DNA from: Nannocystis pusilla
GTDB taxonomy: Bacteria; Myxococcota_A; Polyangia; Nannocystales; Nannocystaceae
Reading direction: 5' to 3'
DNA: 64,000 nucleotides
NCBI RefSeq assembly: GCF_020073745.1
Contig: NZ_JAIRAU010000002.1
Location: forward strand, 145,694-209,693
The notes beneath the pieces were generated by a model. The model was not told the DNA's origin and made no database searches. It saw nothing but the letters and a program-made list of their open reading frames with translations. This document shows positions 34,213-44,273 of the stretch, one piece after another. The position numbers were made by a program, and so were the translations under genes. The stretch's first letter is position 1, and the number at the start of each line of letters is the position of its first letter.

Positions 34213-34659
34213 ATGAACCCGCAACTTCACACCGTCCGCCAGGCCGTCCGCCGCCGCCGCCGCAGCCGCGGCATGACCCTGATCGAGATCCTCGTCGTGC
34301 TGGCGATCATCGGCCTCATCGTCGGCGGCGTCAGCGTCGTCGCCTTCAACGCGCTCTCGGACTCGAAGGTCAAGGTCGCCTACAACGAGGTGGTCGAGAT
34401 CCAGAAGCTCAGCGAGCAGTACATGCTGCAGAAGAACGACAAGTGCCCGAAGAGCATGGCGGACCTCAAGGCCGCCGGCGTCACGGCGCGCGTCAAGAAG
34501 GACCCATGGGGCGAGGAGTACATCATCGTCTGCCCGGGTCAGCACGGCCCGGTCGACGTCACCTCCAACGGCCCCGACAAGAAGCCCTCCGGCGGCGACG
34601 ACGTCAACAGCTGGGAGGACCCGAAGGACATCGAGGCGGCCAAGGAGGACAAGAAGTGA
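34213..34659 (+). CDS. gspG: major pseudopilin GspG
   Basis: Prepilin leader ...RG|MTLIEILVVLAIIGLI with the conserved Glu. 148 aa. Confidence 0.85.
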   Translation: MNPQLHTVRQAVRRRRRSRGMTLIEILVVLAIIGLIVGGVSVVAFNALSDSKVKVAYNEVVEIQKLSEQYMLQKNDKCPKSMADLKAAGVTARVKKDPWGEEYIIVCPGQHGPVDVTSNGPDKKPSGGDDVNSWEDPKDIEAAKEDKK

Positions 34660-34697
34660 TCGGGCGCTAGCCCGGTCGTTTCTCCGCGAGAAGGATC

Positions 34698-35681
34698 GTG
34701 ATGGCGATGCGGGTCCGACACACAGCGGCGCGCGCTCGGCGAGGGAGCCTCGGCTTCACGCTGATCGAGGTCCTCGTGATCATGGGGATCCTCGCGCTGC
34801 TCATCGGCTCGGTGATCACCGGCCTCGGCGCCGGCAAGCAGGCGCAGGTCGCCCGCGTCACCAACCAGCTCGCCAACACGATCCGCTTCGCCTACAACAA
34901 GGCGCGCGTCACCGGCACCTACTACCGGCTCCTCATCGACATCGACAAGAACAGCTTCACCCTGCAGCGCGGCGACGATCGCATGTACCTGCCGGCGACC
35001 GACCGCTACGGCCGGATCGTCGTCATCGATCCGGGCAAGGTGAAGGAGAAAGAGGAGCGCGACAAGCGGGCCGAGGAGAACTACAACCGCTCGCTGCAGG
35101 CGCGGGTGCTCGACGCGGTCAAGGGCGCGCCGGTCGGCAAGCCGGGCCAGACCATGGGCCCGCTCGGGCAGCCGATGGCGAGCGTGACCCCTGGGACAGG
35201 TACTCCGGGACAGCCGGGACAGCCGGCCAGCGCCGGCGCGGCGGGGCAGCCGGCCAAGCCGGGCACCACGCCGACGTCGTCGACGCAGCAGCCCGACAAG
35301 TACATCACCCCGCCGAAGAAGGTCCCGCGGCGCAAGCCGCCGATCTTCGGCGCTTTCGACGACGACAACAGCCTGTCGGAGCTCAAGAAGCCGTTCAAGT
35401 TCCCGGCCGAGGTCAAGGTGATCGCGGTGCGCACGGCCGAGGACCTCAAGCCGATCACCAAGGGCGAGGCGAGCCTGTACTTCTTCCCGCAGGGCCACAC
35501 CCAGCTGGCGCACATCCACGTGCAGGAGGTCGCCAACCCGGAGAACGAGTTCACCATCGTCGTCAAGCCGCTGACCGGCCGCGTCGAGGTGAAGGACGGC
35601 CACGTCGACCTCGCGCTGCCGGAGGACCCGACGTCGATCCGCGACGACCTCGGCAAGAAGATGAACCGGAGGGCGTTCTGA
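34698..35681 (+). CDS. gspH: minor pseudopilin (GspH-like) with Pro/Gly-rich insert
   Basis: Prepilin-type leader G|FTLIEVLVIMGIL. 327 aa. Confidence 0.6.
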   Translation: MMAMRVRHTAARARRGSLGFTLIEVLVIMGILALLIGSVITGLGAGKQAQVARVTNQLANTIRFAYNKARVTGTYYRLLIDIDKNSFTLQRGDDRMYLPATDRYGRIVVIDPGKVKEKEERDKRAEENYNRSLQARVLDAVKGAPVGKPGQTMGPLGQPMASVTPGTGTPGQPGQPASAGAAGQPAKPGTTPTSSTQQPDKYITPPKKVPRRKPPIFGAFDDDNSLSELKKPFKFPAEVKVIAVRTAEDLKPITKGEASLYFFPQGHTQLAHIHVQEVANPENEFTIVVKPLTGRVEVKDGHVDLALPEDPTSIRDDLGKKMNRRAF

Positions 35682-35682
35682 C

Positions 35683-36468
35683 ATGACCGCGCCGAGCTCC
35701 CCCCGTCCGACCCGGCTGCGGCCGCCCGAGCAGCGCTACGCCGCCGCCGGCTTCACCCTGCTCGAGGTCATGATCGCCATGGCCGTGCTGGCGCTGTCGC
35801 TGACGTCGATGTTGACGTCGCAGATGGCCAGCCTCCGCGCCACCCGCTACGCGCAGACGATCACCTCGGTCGCGTTCTTGGCCGACTACCAGCTGATCGA
35901 GACCGAGTACATCGTCCGCAAGGAGGGCGGCTGGGTGCTCGAGGACAAGTTCTACGAGGGCACCTTCGCCGACCAGGGCTGGCCCGACGTCAAGTACAAG
36001 TGCATCGTCGACTTCCTCAAGCTGCCCGAGTACACCGAGCTGCGCGCGGCCAAGGACGACAGCGACCGGGCCCAGCGCGGCGAGAGCAGCGTGTACTACA
36101 AGAGCGCCGGCGATCAGGCGTTCACCGCCCTCGGCATGGTGTGGACGCCGGTCAAGCAGGCGATCGAGCGCTCGATCCGCAAGGTCAAGTGCACGGTCAA
36201 GTGGAAGAACGGCAACCTCGACGAGGAGTTCATCGTCAACACCTTCTGGGCCGACCCCGAGAAGCTCAAGCAGCTGCCCGGCCTCGGCGGCGAGGCCAAG
36301 GAGGGCGACATGGGCGACGAGCAGGGGCAGGGGCAGGGGCAGGGGCAGGGCGCGGGCGCGGGCGGCGGCGCGGGCAGGCCGACGGGCGGCGCCGGCGGGG
36401 GCCGTCAGCCGGGGGCCGGCGGCTCGGGCCCCGGGTCGAGCATGCAGATGGGAGGGATGAAGCGATGA
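35683..36468 (+). CDS. gspI: minor pseudopilin (GspI-like)
   Basis: G|FTLLEVMIAMAVL prepilin signal. C-terminal Gly/Gln-rich tail. Confidence 0.6.
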   Translation: MTAPSSPRPTRLRPPEQRYAAAGFTLLEVMIAMAVLALSLTSMLTSQMASLRATRYAQTITSVAFLADYQLIETEYIVRKEGGWVLEDKFYEGTFADQGWPDVKYKCIVDFLKLPEYTELRAAKDDSDRAQRGESSVYYKSAGDQAFTALGMVWTPVKQAIERSIRKVKCTVKWKNGNLDEEFIVNTFWADPEKLKQLPGLGGEAKEGDMGDEQGQGQGQGQGAGAGGGAGRPTGGAGGGRQPGAGGSGPGSSMQMGGMKR

Positions 36469-37190
36469 GTCCCATCCGCCATGTCGTTCCGGTCATGTCC
36501 CCGCGAGCAGCTCGCCAGCGCGGCATGTCGCTGATCGAGATCCTCGTCGCGGTCACCATGATCACGATGATGATCGCCTCGGTCTACGCCAGCTTCAGCA
36601 CCACCGCGACCAGCATGCGCCACGCCGAGAAGGTGCAGCAGAAGTACGCGGTGCTGCGCAACTGCCTGGCGCGCATGGGCGCCGAGCTGTCGATGGCCTA
36701 CCTGTCGCACAACCGCCCGGCCGGCGACGACAAGCACTACACGCTGTTCGAGGGCCGCGACCAGTTCTACTCCGACAGCCTCACGTTCTCGGCGTTCGCC
36801 CACATCCGCATGCGCAAGGACGCCAACGAGAGCGACCAGTCGGTCATCCAGTACTTCCTCTTCAAGGACCCCAACGACGGCACGCGCACCCACCTGTACA
36901 AGCGCGAGGCGCGGCGGCTGATGGGCGACCTGCCCGAGAAGCTCGAGGAGTTCTTCCCGGCCTACGTGTTCTGCGAGGACGTCAAGTCGTTCGACGTCAA
37001 GTACTGGGACAACAAGCGCATCGAGTGGCGCGACGAGTGGCGCACGATCAAGCAGGACATGCAGCCGAACCGCCTGCCGGAGCGGGTCAAGATCACGCTG
37101 GGCGTGTGGGACCCGGACCTCGGCAAGGAGGTCAAGTACGTCACCCAGGCCCTCATCCCGCTGCAGGAGCGCATCGACTTCTCCCGCTGA
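36465..37190 (+). CDS. gspJ: minor pseudopilin (GspJ-like)
   Basis: RG|MSLIEILVAVTMI prepilin signal. ATGA overlap with gspI stop. An internal ATG at 36496 is an alternative start; the two ATGs sit in 14-bp-spaced CATGTC units. Confidence 0.6.
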   Translation: MSPIRHVVPVMSPRAARQRGMSLIEILVAVTMITMMIASVYASFSTTATSMRHAEKVQQKYAVLRNCLARMGAELSMAYLSHNRPAGDDKHYTLFEGRDQFYSDSLTFSAFAHIRMRKDANESDQSVIQYFLFKDPNDGTRTHLYKREARRLMGDLPEKLEEFFPAYVFCEDVKSFDVKYWDNKRIEWRDEWRTIKQDMQPNRLPERVKITLGVWDPDLGKEVKYVTQALIPLQERIDFSR

Positions 37191-37199
37191 GCCCCCGCC

Positions 37200-38570
37200 A
37201 TGACCGCGACCCCCGCACATACCCCGCCCGATCGACATGTCCGTAAGGCCAGGTCCGGCGCGGGCCGGCGCCGCGCCGGCGGCAAGGAGCACGGCATCGC
37301 CCTGCTGATGGTCCTGGCCTGCATCGCCGTGCTGCTGCCGTTCACGGCCGCGTTCAGCTACACCACGCGCGTCGACTGGCAGGCCGCGATCAACCTGCGC
37401 GACGAGATCTCGGCGCGCAACCTGACCCGCGGCGGCATGCGCCTGTCGCTGCTGCTGTTCGAGCTGCAGCGCATGGTGTTCAACCAGAAGCAGTTCCGGC
37501 AGATGCTCGGGACCTGGGACATCACCCAGGTCGCGCCGTACCTGATGTCGGCGTTCGGCACGAAGGACGGCCACGAGGGCATCGCCGGGCTGGTCGGCCT
37601 CGACAACTCGACCTTCAAGGACCTCGCCATCGAGCATGGCGGCTTCGAGATCCGCGTCGAGGCCGAGAGCGGCAAGCTCAACGTCAACTGCCTGGCGCAG
37701 GCGGGGCAGGGCAAGGACAACTCGCAGGCGCGCACCGTCGAGACGCTCGAGGCGATGCTGATGCCGACGCTCTACGACCCGCTGTTCGACGAGGAGAAGA
37801 GCGACGGTCAGCGCTACACCCGGGCCGACGTCATCAGGGCGATCGTCGACTACATCGACGAGGACATCAAGGCGTGGGACATGGTCAAGCTGGCGTCGTC
37901 GTCGACGCAGGAGCGCTACCGCTACACCGAGATCTTCGACCCGTACCAGCCGCGCAACGCCCGGATCGACAGCATCGAGGAGCTGCACCTGGTCCAGGGC
38001 GTCGACGACGATCTGATGACGGCGATCGCCGCCGACCTCACCGTCTACGGCGGCTGCAAGGTCAACCTCAACTTCGCCAGCGCCGACCAGATCGCGCTCG
38101 TGCTGCGCCACGCGGTCACCGCCGAGGACAAGTGGAAGACCGAGGGCGAGAACTTCCTGATCAAGACGCTGCCGCTGGCCCGCTACGTCGTCGACTCGCG
38201 GAGCATGAGCCTGTTCGCCGACATGAAGGCGTTCAAGGAGTTCGTCGAGAAGCCCGACAAGTTCATGAACCCGCTGGCCGCGCTCGGCGGCGGCGGCTCG
38301 GCCGCGCAGGCGCTCAACCGGGCCAACCTGCCGCGGATCCCCGAGGGCATGATGATCCGCGAGAACAGCGAGGAGGACAAGAGCACGGGCGAGCAGCTCG
38401 GCGGCCTCAGCGACATCGCCACCATCGCGCCCGAGCGGGTCTATCGCATCGAGATCATCGCCGAGGTCGGCGCCGTGAAGAAGCGCGTCACCTCCATCTA
38501 CGACATGCAATTCGTCCGCAGCGAGGGCACCAAGGGCACCGGCGCGTGGCTCTACCTCCGCGAGGACTGA
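37200..38570 (+). CDS. gspK: type II secretion protein K (GspK-like)
   Basis: N-terminal GIALLMVLACIAVL prepilin-like hydrophobic segment, large periplasmic domain. 456 aa. Confidence 0.65.
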   Translation: MTATPAHTPPDRHVRKARSGAGRRRAGGKEHGIALLMVLACIAVLLPFTAAFSYTTRVDWQAAINLRDEISARNLTRGGMRLSLLLFELQRMVFNQKQFRQMLGTWDITQVAPYLMSAFGTKDGHEGIAGLVGLDNSTFKDLAIEHGGFEIRVEAESGKLNVNCLAQAGQGKDNSQARTVETLEAMLMPTLYDPLFDEEKSDGQRYTRADVIRAIVDYIDEDIKAWDMVKLASSSTQERYRYTEIFDPYQPRNARIDSIEELHLVQGVDDDLMTAIAADLTVYGGCKVNLNFASADQIALVLRHAVTAEDKWKTEGENFLIKTLPLARYVVDSRSMSLFADMKAFKEFVEKPDKFMNPLAALGGGGSAAQALNRANLPRIPEGMMIRENSEEDKSTGEQLGGLSDIATIAPERVYRIEIIAEVGAVKKRVTSIYDMQFVRSEGTKGTGAWLYLRED

Positions 38571-38610
38571 CCTCCATGGCTCCCATCTTCAACCGCAAGG
38601 ACAGCAGCCC

Positions 38611-40374
38611 GTGGCTCAGAAGTACGTAGGACTCGACCTCGGCACCTCCGAAGTCAAGGCCGTGCTCATCAACGCCGGCTTGCGCACCATCCAGGTGCTC
38701 GACGTGGTCGTCGAGCCGGTCACGCTCGCGCCGCAGGGCGACACCTCGCTGGCCGCCGCGCTCGACATCGGCATCGCCGTGCTGCGCCGCCGCGGCTGGA
38801 ACCACTACCCGATCGGCGTGGTGCTGCCGGGCAGCTTCGCCGCTTATCGCGTGTTCAAGTTCCCGTTCAACGACCCGCGCCGGATCGCCCAGGCGATCGC
38901 GTTCGAGGCCGAGGGCCAGTTCCCGGTCCCGCTCGAGAACCTCGAGCTCGACCACGTGCCCGCGACCGCCGCGGGCGGCGGCGGCCAGGCGCTCGCCGTC
39001 GCAGTGCGCCGCTCGGCCATCGACCAGGTGCAGGCCGCGTTCAAGGCGGCGACGATCGACCTCAAGCTGATCACCGTCGACGTGCTGGCGACCGCGCAGG
39101 TGCTCACCGCCGACCTGCCCGAGCCGGCCAAGGGCGCGACCGCCGACGCCCGCACGCCGGTGGTCCTCGGCCTCGACATCGGCCACGCGACCACCGACCT
39201 GGTCGCCTTCGGGCCCAAGGGCCCCGTCGCCGCCCGCATGCTCCGCCGCGGCGGCGTGCACGTCACGCGCGCGCTGCAGCAGCGCTACCAGCTCAGCGAC
39301 GCCGACGCGGAGGTGGCCAAGCGGACCAACGCGTTCCTGCCTCACCGCGGCCAGGGCGACCTCAGCGCCGAGCAGCTCGAGTCGGCGACGATCGTGGCCC
39401 GCGCGCTCGAGCCGGTGGTGCGGGAGATCGAGCACACGCGCATGTGGCTGCGCGCCGAGTTCGGCAGCGAGGTCGTGCAGCTGCGCCTGTCGGGCGGCGG
39501 CGCCAACCTCCGCGGCCTCGACGCCTACCTCGCCGAGCAGCTCGGGCTGCCGACCGAGCGCGCCCGCCCGCGCGAGGGCCTCGGGCTCAGAGGTCTCTCG
39601 GGACATGACTGGACGGCCACGTGCGCCGCGCTCGGCGGCGCGGTCGGCTGCGCTCGCCGGCCGCTGATCCAGCTGCACAAGGACGCCGCGGTGCAGCGCG
39701 GCAGCGACGGCAGCTGGATCGCCGAGCGGATCGCCACCGTCGCCGCGCTCGGCTTCGCCATCCTCGCGTTCGGCGTCGTCGACACCGTGGTCGGCATGAG
39801 CGCGCTCGAGGCGGAGCGCCTCGCCTACGAGGAGGAGCTCGGCGAGGCCAGCCACAAGGTGTTCGGCGAGGCGCTCACCTCCAAGGACGACATCGAGGAG
39901 CGCCTCAACGCCGTCGACGGCCGCGACATCACCAGGCTCATCCCGGCCCGCGGCGCGCTCGACGTGCTGGCCGGGTTCGTCAAGGCGGCCACGCCGAGCG
40001 GCGCGAAGCCGGCGCCGGTGCTCGCGCCGGCGGTCGGCGAGGACGGCAGCGTCAGCCCCGAGTCGTCGGACGGCGCGAGCGTCACGCCCGCGGGCCCGAC
40101 CACCGTCCAGCTGCCCTCGGTCGATCCGACGGCGGGCCTGCAGTGGGACGACGAGTTCGTGCTGTCGCTGATCGAGATCCGGCCGCGCGCGATCCAGTTC
40201 CGCGCCTCGGCCACCCGCTCGTCGGCGCAGGAGCGGTTCAAGACCAAGCTGCTGCAGGCGCTGCCCTGCGTCGTCCCGTTCCCCACCGCCAAGGTGCGCG
40301 ACGAGGGCATGAAGAAGGTGTTCGACCCGACCATCGAGCACGACTGCTACGCCAGCACGGAGGCCGACTCGTGA
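38611..40374 (+). CDS. gspL: GspL-like protein (cytoplasmic actin-like domain + TM + periplasmic domain)
   Basis: N-terminus VGLDLGTSEVKAVL is a PilM/GspL actin-fold motif. 587 aa. Confidence 0.6.
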   Translation: MAQKYVGLDLGTSEVKAVLINAGLRTIQVLDVVVEPVTLAPQGDTSLAAALDIGIAVLRRRGWNHYPIGVVLPGSFAAYRVFKFPFNDPRRIAQAIAFEAEGQFPVPLENLELDHVPATAAGGGGQALAVAVRRSAIDQVQAAFKAATIDLKLITVDVLATAQVLTADLPEPAKGATADARTPVVLGLDIGHATTDLVAFGPKGPVAARMLRRGGVHVTRALQQRYQLSDADAEVAKRTNAFLPHRGQGDLSAEQLESATIVARALEPVVREIEHTRMWLRAEFGSEVVQLRLSGGGANLRGLDAYLAEQLGLPTERARPREGLGLRGLSGHDWTATCAALGGAVGCARRPLIQLHKDAAVQRGSDGSWIAERIATVAALGFAILAFGVVDTVVGMSALEAERLAYEEELGEASHKVFGEALTSKDDIEERLNAVDGRDITRLIPARGALDVLAGFVKAATPSGAKPAPVLAPAVGEDGSVSPESSDGASVTPAGPTTVQLPSVDPTAGLQWDDEFVLSLIEIRPRAIQFRASATRSSAQERFKTKLLQALPCVVPFPTAKVRDEGMKKVFDPTIEHDCYASTEADS

Positions 40375-40976
40375 GCGCCATCGACTCCACCCTGTTCGGG
40401 TTCATGTCCCGCTTCAACCCGCGGGAGCGGGCGCTGCTCGGCGTGCTGATGCTGGTGTTCTTCGTCACCGCCGTCGGCGTGCTGTTCATGATGCGCAAGA
40501 GCTCGTTCGACGCCGCCCGCGCCGAGATCGCCGAGCTGCGCGAGGGCCTGGCGCTCGTGCGCACCAAGGGCACCGCGTACGACACCAAGAAGAAGGAGAA
40601 GGAGGCGCGCGAGGCCAAGATCGCCAACGCGCAGCCGATCGTGTTCTCCATCCTGCTCGAGGAGGCGCAGAAGGACCTCGTCACCGGCACGCTGCGCGGC
40701 GAAGAGGTGCGCCCGCCGGTCGCCGTCGACGACAAGGGCCTGGTCAAGACCGTGGTCGCGTTCGAGGTCCGCAACGTCGCGCTCGAGGAGCTGCTGAACT
40801 TCCTCGCCAAGCTCGAGGCGCAGCCGGGCAACATCCTGTTCGTCGAGCGGCTGATGCTGCGCTCGCCGTCGGCGCTCGAGGACCGCCTCAACGCCGAGGT
40901 CGAGCTCGCCACCTGGGAGCTGCAGAAGCAAGACGAGGGCGCCGCGCCGGTGGCGGCCGAGGAGGGAGAGTCGTGA
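40371..40976 (+). CDS. gspM: GspM-like protein
   Basis: Single TM (LLGVLMLVFFVTAVGVLFMM) followed by coiled coil. GTGA overlap with gspL. Confidence 0.55.
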   Translation: MSAIDSTLFGFMSRFNPRERALLGVLMLVFFVTAVGVLFMMRKSSFDAARAEIAELREGLALVRTKGTAYDTKKKEKEAREAKIANAQPIVFSILLEEAQKDLVTGTLRGEEVRPPVAVDDKGLVKTVVAFEVRNVALEELLNFLAKLEAQPGNILFVERLMLRSPSALEDRLNAEVELATWELQKQDEGAAPVAAEEGES

Positions 40977-42529
40977 AGATCCGCCTGCCCAGCCTCGCCA
41001 GCCTGCGCCGCGGCGGCGACGCCACCCTCCCGTCCGCGCCGCCGCCGAGCGGCACGCTCGTCGCGCCCGCGACCCCGATCGGCGGCTTCGGCGATCGCCT
41101 GCGCCTGCTGTCGCGCCGCCTCCGCAGCTCCGCCGGCTGGGTGTTCCTGGCCGTGTTCGTGTTCTTCACCTTCATCTGGATCAGCCTGCCGACCCGCGCG
41201 CTCGCCTGGCGGATCGGTCAGCAGGCGCGCAACGCCGGCTACCTCATCGACATCGAGGACATGTCGGTGCGGCCGTGGGGCAGCGCGACGCTCTACAACG
41301 TCACGTGGACCTACGCGCCGTCGCACCCGGGCCAGATCCCGCACCAGATGGTGCTCGACAGCGTCGACGTCGACTTCTCTGTCCTCAAGTACATGTTGCT
41401 CGGCAACGTCGACGTCGAGGTCGACACCCTGCTCGACGAGGCGCCGATCCACGCCGAGTACGCGCGCAGCGACAGCGAGTCGAGCATCAAGATCGACATC
41501 ACCGAGCTGCCGCTCGGCTCGGTGCCGAAGATGCAGCAGGCCCTGGGCGCCCCGCTGCGCGGCCTGTTCGCCCTGCACGTCGACATGACGATGCCGGAGA
41601 ACCTGTTCGAGAAGGCCGAGGGCAGCATCTCGCTCGAGTGTGCCTCGTGCACCATCGGCGACGGCGAGGAGCTGCTGTTCATCCCCGGCTCGTCGGGCAT
41701 CACCGCCAAGGGCATCACGATCCCCGAGATCGACCTCGGCACCCTGATCGGCAAGCTGAAGGTCGCGGAGGGCAGGGTCACCGTCGAGGACTTCAAGACC
41801 AAGAGCGCCGACATCGAGCTCGAGGTCACCGGCGACATGCCGCTGAAGGACCCGTTCTCGCGGTCCGAGTTCGCGTTCCAGATGAAGCTGCTGGTCACGC
41901 AGGCGCTGCAGGACAAGAGCGAGACGCTGCGCTTCGCGGTCCAGACCGCCGGCCCGTCGTCGAAGATGGATCCGCCCGACGACGGCTGGCTCGGCTTCAA
42001 GCTGCGCGGCACCGTCGGCAAGCCGCGCTTCATGGGCATCAAGAGCAAGACCGCCGAGGAGCGCATGCTCGAGCGGCGGCAGAAGAACGCCGAGCGCGAC
42101 GCGGCCCGCAAGGCCCGCAGCAAGGCGCGCTCGACCAAGAAGAGCGAGTCGCCCGAGGACGCGCTCGAGCGCAACCAGGGGCCGCAGGTCGGCGGCGACA
42201 CCGGCGGGTCCGACAGGGACAACAAGATGCCGGAGATCGACGCCCGCCCGTCCGATCCGCCGGAGCCGTCGGAGCCGTCGGAGCCCTCCGAGCCGCCGCC
42301 GACGCCGTCGACGCTGCCGCCGCCGCCGGAGCCCGAACCCCAGCCGCAGCCGGAGGAGCGGCCCGCCGAACCGCCGCCGGTCGAGGAGCCGCCTCCCGAG
42401 GGTGGTCAGGGCCAGGGCCAGGGCGATGGCCAGGGGATGCCCGACGGGCAGCCGGACGGCCAGCAGCAGGGTGAAGCGCCGCGCGACACCGAGGCGCCGC
42501 CTCCGAGCGACGCAACCACCGGTGGTTGA
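40973..42529 (+). CDS. gspN: GspN-like protein with Pro/Glu-rich C-terminal tail
   Basis: TM WVFLAVFVFFTFIWISL, periplasmic domain typical of GspN. C-terminal PEPSEPSEP / GQGQGDGQG low-complexity tail. Confidence 0.6.
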   Translation: MKIRLPSLASLRRGGDATLPSAPPPSGTLVAPATPIGGFGDRLRLLSRRLRSSAGWVFLAVFVFFTFIWISLPTRALAWRIGQQARNAGYLIDIEDMSVRPWGSATLYNVTWTYAPSHPGQIPHQMVLDSVDVDFSVLKYMLLGNVDVEVDTLLDEAPIHAEYARSDSESSIKIDITELPLGSVPKMQQALGAPLRGLFALHVDMTMPENLFEKAEGSISLECASCTIGDGEELLFIPGSSGITAKGITIPEIDLGTLIGKLKVAEGRVTVEDFKTKSADIELEVTGDMPLKDPFSRSEFAFQMKLLVTQALQDKSETLRFAVQTAGPSSKMDPPDDGWLGFKLRGTVGKPRFMGIKSKTAEERMLERRQKNAERDAARKARSKARSTKKSESPEDALERNQGPQVGGDTGGSDRDNKMPEIDARPSDPPEPSEPSEPSEPPPTPSTLPPPPEPEPQPQPEERPAEPPPVEEPPPEGGQGQGQGDGQGMPDGQPDGQQQGEAPRDTEAPPPSDATTGG

Positions 42530-42607
42530 CCGGCAGGTTGCGGATCTCGTGCCAGCGGAGAAAACCCCGCAACAATAGGAGAATCGATCCCGGCGGGGGG
42601 TCGCGGG

Positions 42608-42625
42608 TTTGCGCGAGCGCGCAAA
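42608..42625. promoter_or_regulatory. perfect palindrome TTTGCGCGagCGCGCAAA upstream of second NtrC-like regulator (candidate operator)
   Basis: 8-bp inverted repeat with 2-bp spacer, 64 bp upstream of ATG 42689. Confidence 0.4.
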
Positions 42626-42688
42626 GTATGCATTACACCCGCGCATCTTCCGCCCGCAGAGTAGGCGAAGCCCGCGGAGGTACCGCCT

Positions 42689-44110
42689 ATGACGAACTTT
42701 GAAGAATCCAGGCCGACCCGAATTTTGGTGGTCGATGACGAGTCGAGCGCTCGCTCAGCGCTGAGCGAGCTGCTGCGAGAGGAAGGTTACGAGGTCCAGT
42801 CCGCCGCCGACGGTTACAAGGCGCTCGGACGGATCGATCAGTGGGAGCCCGACGTCGTGATCACCGACGTGAAGATGCCGGGACTCAGTGGTCTGGAGCT
42901 CATATCCAAGCTCCGTGAAATCTACCCTGACGTCGCTGTCGTCGTGATGACCGCATTTGGCTCGGTCGAGGGCGCGGTCGAGGCGCTCCATCTCGGCGCC
43001 GACGATTACCTGAGCAAGCCCGTCGACCTGCCGCAGCTGCTGATCGTGCTGCAGCGGGTCCTGCGTCACCGCGCGCTGCAGCGCGAGGCGAGGCACCTGC
43101 GCTCGGCGCTCGAGAGTCAGCGCGCCGACCAGCGCGCCGGCGTGATCGGCCAGTCGAAGGTGTTCCGCGACCTCCTCGGCCTGGCGCGGCAAGTCGCCGA
43201 CTCGCCGGTGTCGGTCCTCGTCACCGGCGAGCGCGGCACCGGCAAGCAGCACCTCGCGCGCCTCATCCACCAGTGGAGCGGGCGACGCGGCCCGTTCGTC
43301 TGCCTGCAGTGCAGCGGCTTCACCGACGAGGCCTGCGCGCGCGAGCTGTTCGGCGTGCGCGACGGTGGCGCCGTGCTGCGCGAGGGTCGGCTGCGCGAGG
43401 CCGACGGCGGCACGCTCTTCCTCGCCGACGTCGACGAGCTGCCGCACGGGGTCCAGGCCGCGCTGCTGCGCTTCCTGCAAGAGCGCGGGTTCTGCCGCGT
43501 CGGCGACAGCGAACCGCTGCACGCCGACGTGCGCGTGATCGCGGCCACGAGCCACGAGATCGGCGCGGCGAAGCAGGACGGCCGCCTGCGCGAGGACCTC
43601 TATTACCGCCTCAACGTCGTCAGCTTGCGCATGCCGTCGCTGCGCGAGCGCCGGGACGACATCCCGCTGCTGGCGATGTACTTCCTGCGCCAGTTCGCCG
43701 CCCAGGCGCACCGCCCGGTCGTCGGCTTCAGCGAGCGGGCGCTCGGCGTGCTGCTCGGCTGCGACTGGCCCGACAACATCCGGCAGCTCGAGAACAGCGT
43801 CGAGCGGGCGGTGGTGCTCGCGCGCGGCACCGAGGTCGAGCCGCGCGACCTGCCGCGCGAGCTGATGTCGAAGATGCGCGGTGACGACTCCGCGCCGGTC
43901 ATCCCGGGCGCGTCGCTGCGAGAGATCGAGCGCTACGCCATCCTGCGGACGCTCGAGCACGTCGGCGGCAGCACCAGCAAGGCGGCCAAGATCCTCGGGA
44001 TCTCGCCGCGCAAGATCCAGTACCGCCTCAACGAGTACCGCGGCGCTCCGCAGGCGGGGATGCCCCCCGTTCCGCCGGAATCGCACGCCCATCGCGGCGC
44101 GCTGAAGTAG
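42689..44110 (+). CDS. NtrC-family receiver-AAA+ regulator with degenerate GAFTGA loop
   Basis: Receiver (ILVVDDE, ITDVKMPG), AAA+ GERGTGKQ, C-terminal HTH. The sigma-54 contact motif is replaced by ELFGVRDGGAV, so there is no GAFTGA. Confidence 0.8.
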   Translation: MTNFEESRPTRILVVDDESSARSALSELLREEGYEVQSAADGYKALGRIDQWEPDVVITDVKMPGLSGLELISKLREIYPDVAVVVMTAFGSVEGAVEALHLGADDYLSKPVDLPQLLIVLQRVLRHRALQREARHLRSALESQRADQRAGVIGQSKVFRDLLGLARQVADSPVSVLVTGERGTGKQHLARLIHQWSGRRGPFVCLQCSGFTDEACARELFGVRDGGAVLREGRLREADGGTLFLADVDELPHGVQAALLRFLQERGFCRVGDSEPLHADVRVIAATSHEIGAAKQDGRLREDLYYRLNVVSLRMPSLRERRDDIPLLAMYFLRQFAAQAHRPVVGFSERALGVLLGCDWPDNIRQLENSVERAVVLARGTEVEPRDLPRELMSKMRGDDSAPVIPGASLREIERYAILRTLEHVGGSTSKAAKILGISPRKIQYRLNEYRGAPQAGMPPVPPESHAHRGALK

Positions 44111-44273
44111 GCGCGGAACATCGAACCGCGCGACGCATGTGCTCGCGCGGGTGAACGTCTGTCCGAAAGGACATCTTCGTTCGCTCCACCTCGGCCGCGC
44201 GCGGGCGCGCCACGGCGCGCGCGCAGGGCCGGTCGTGGCCCCGTGCTACGATCGCGGCCTCTCGGAGGCTGAC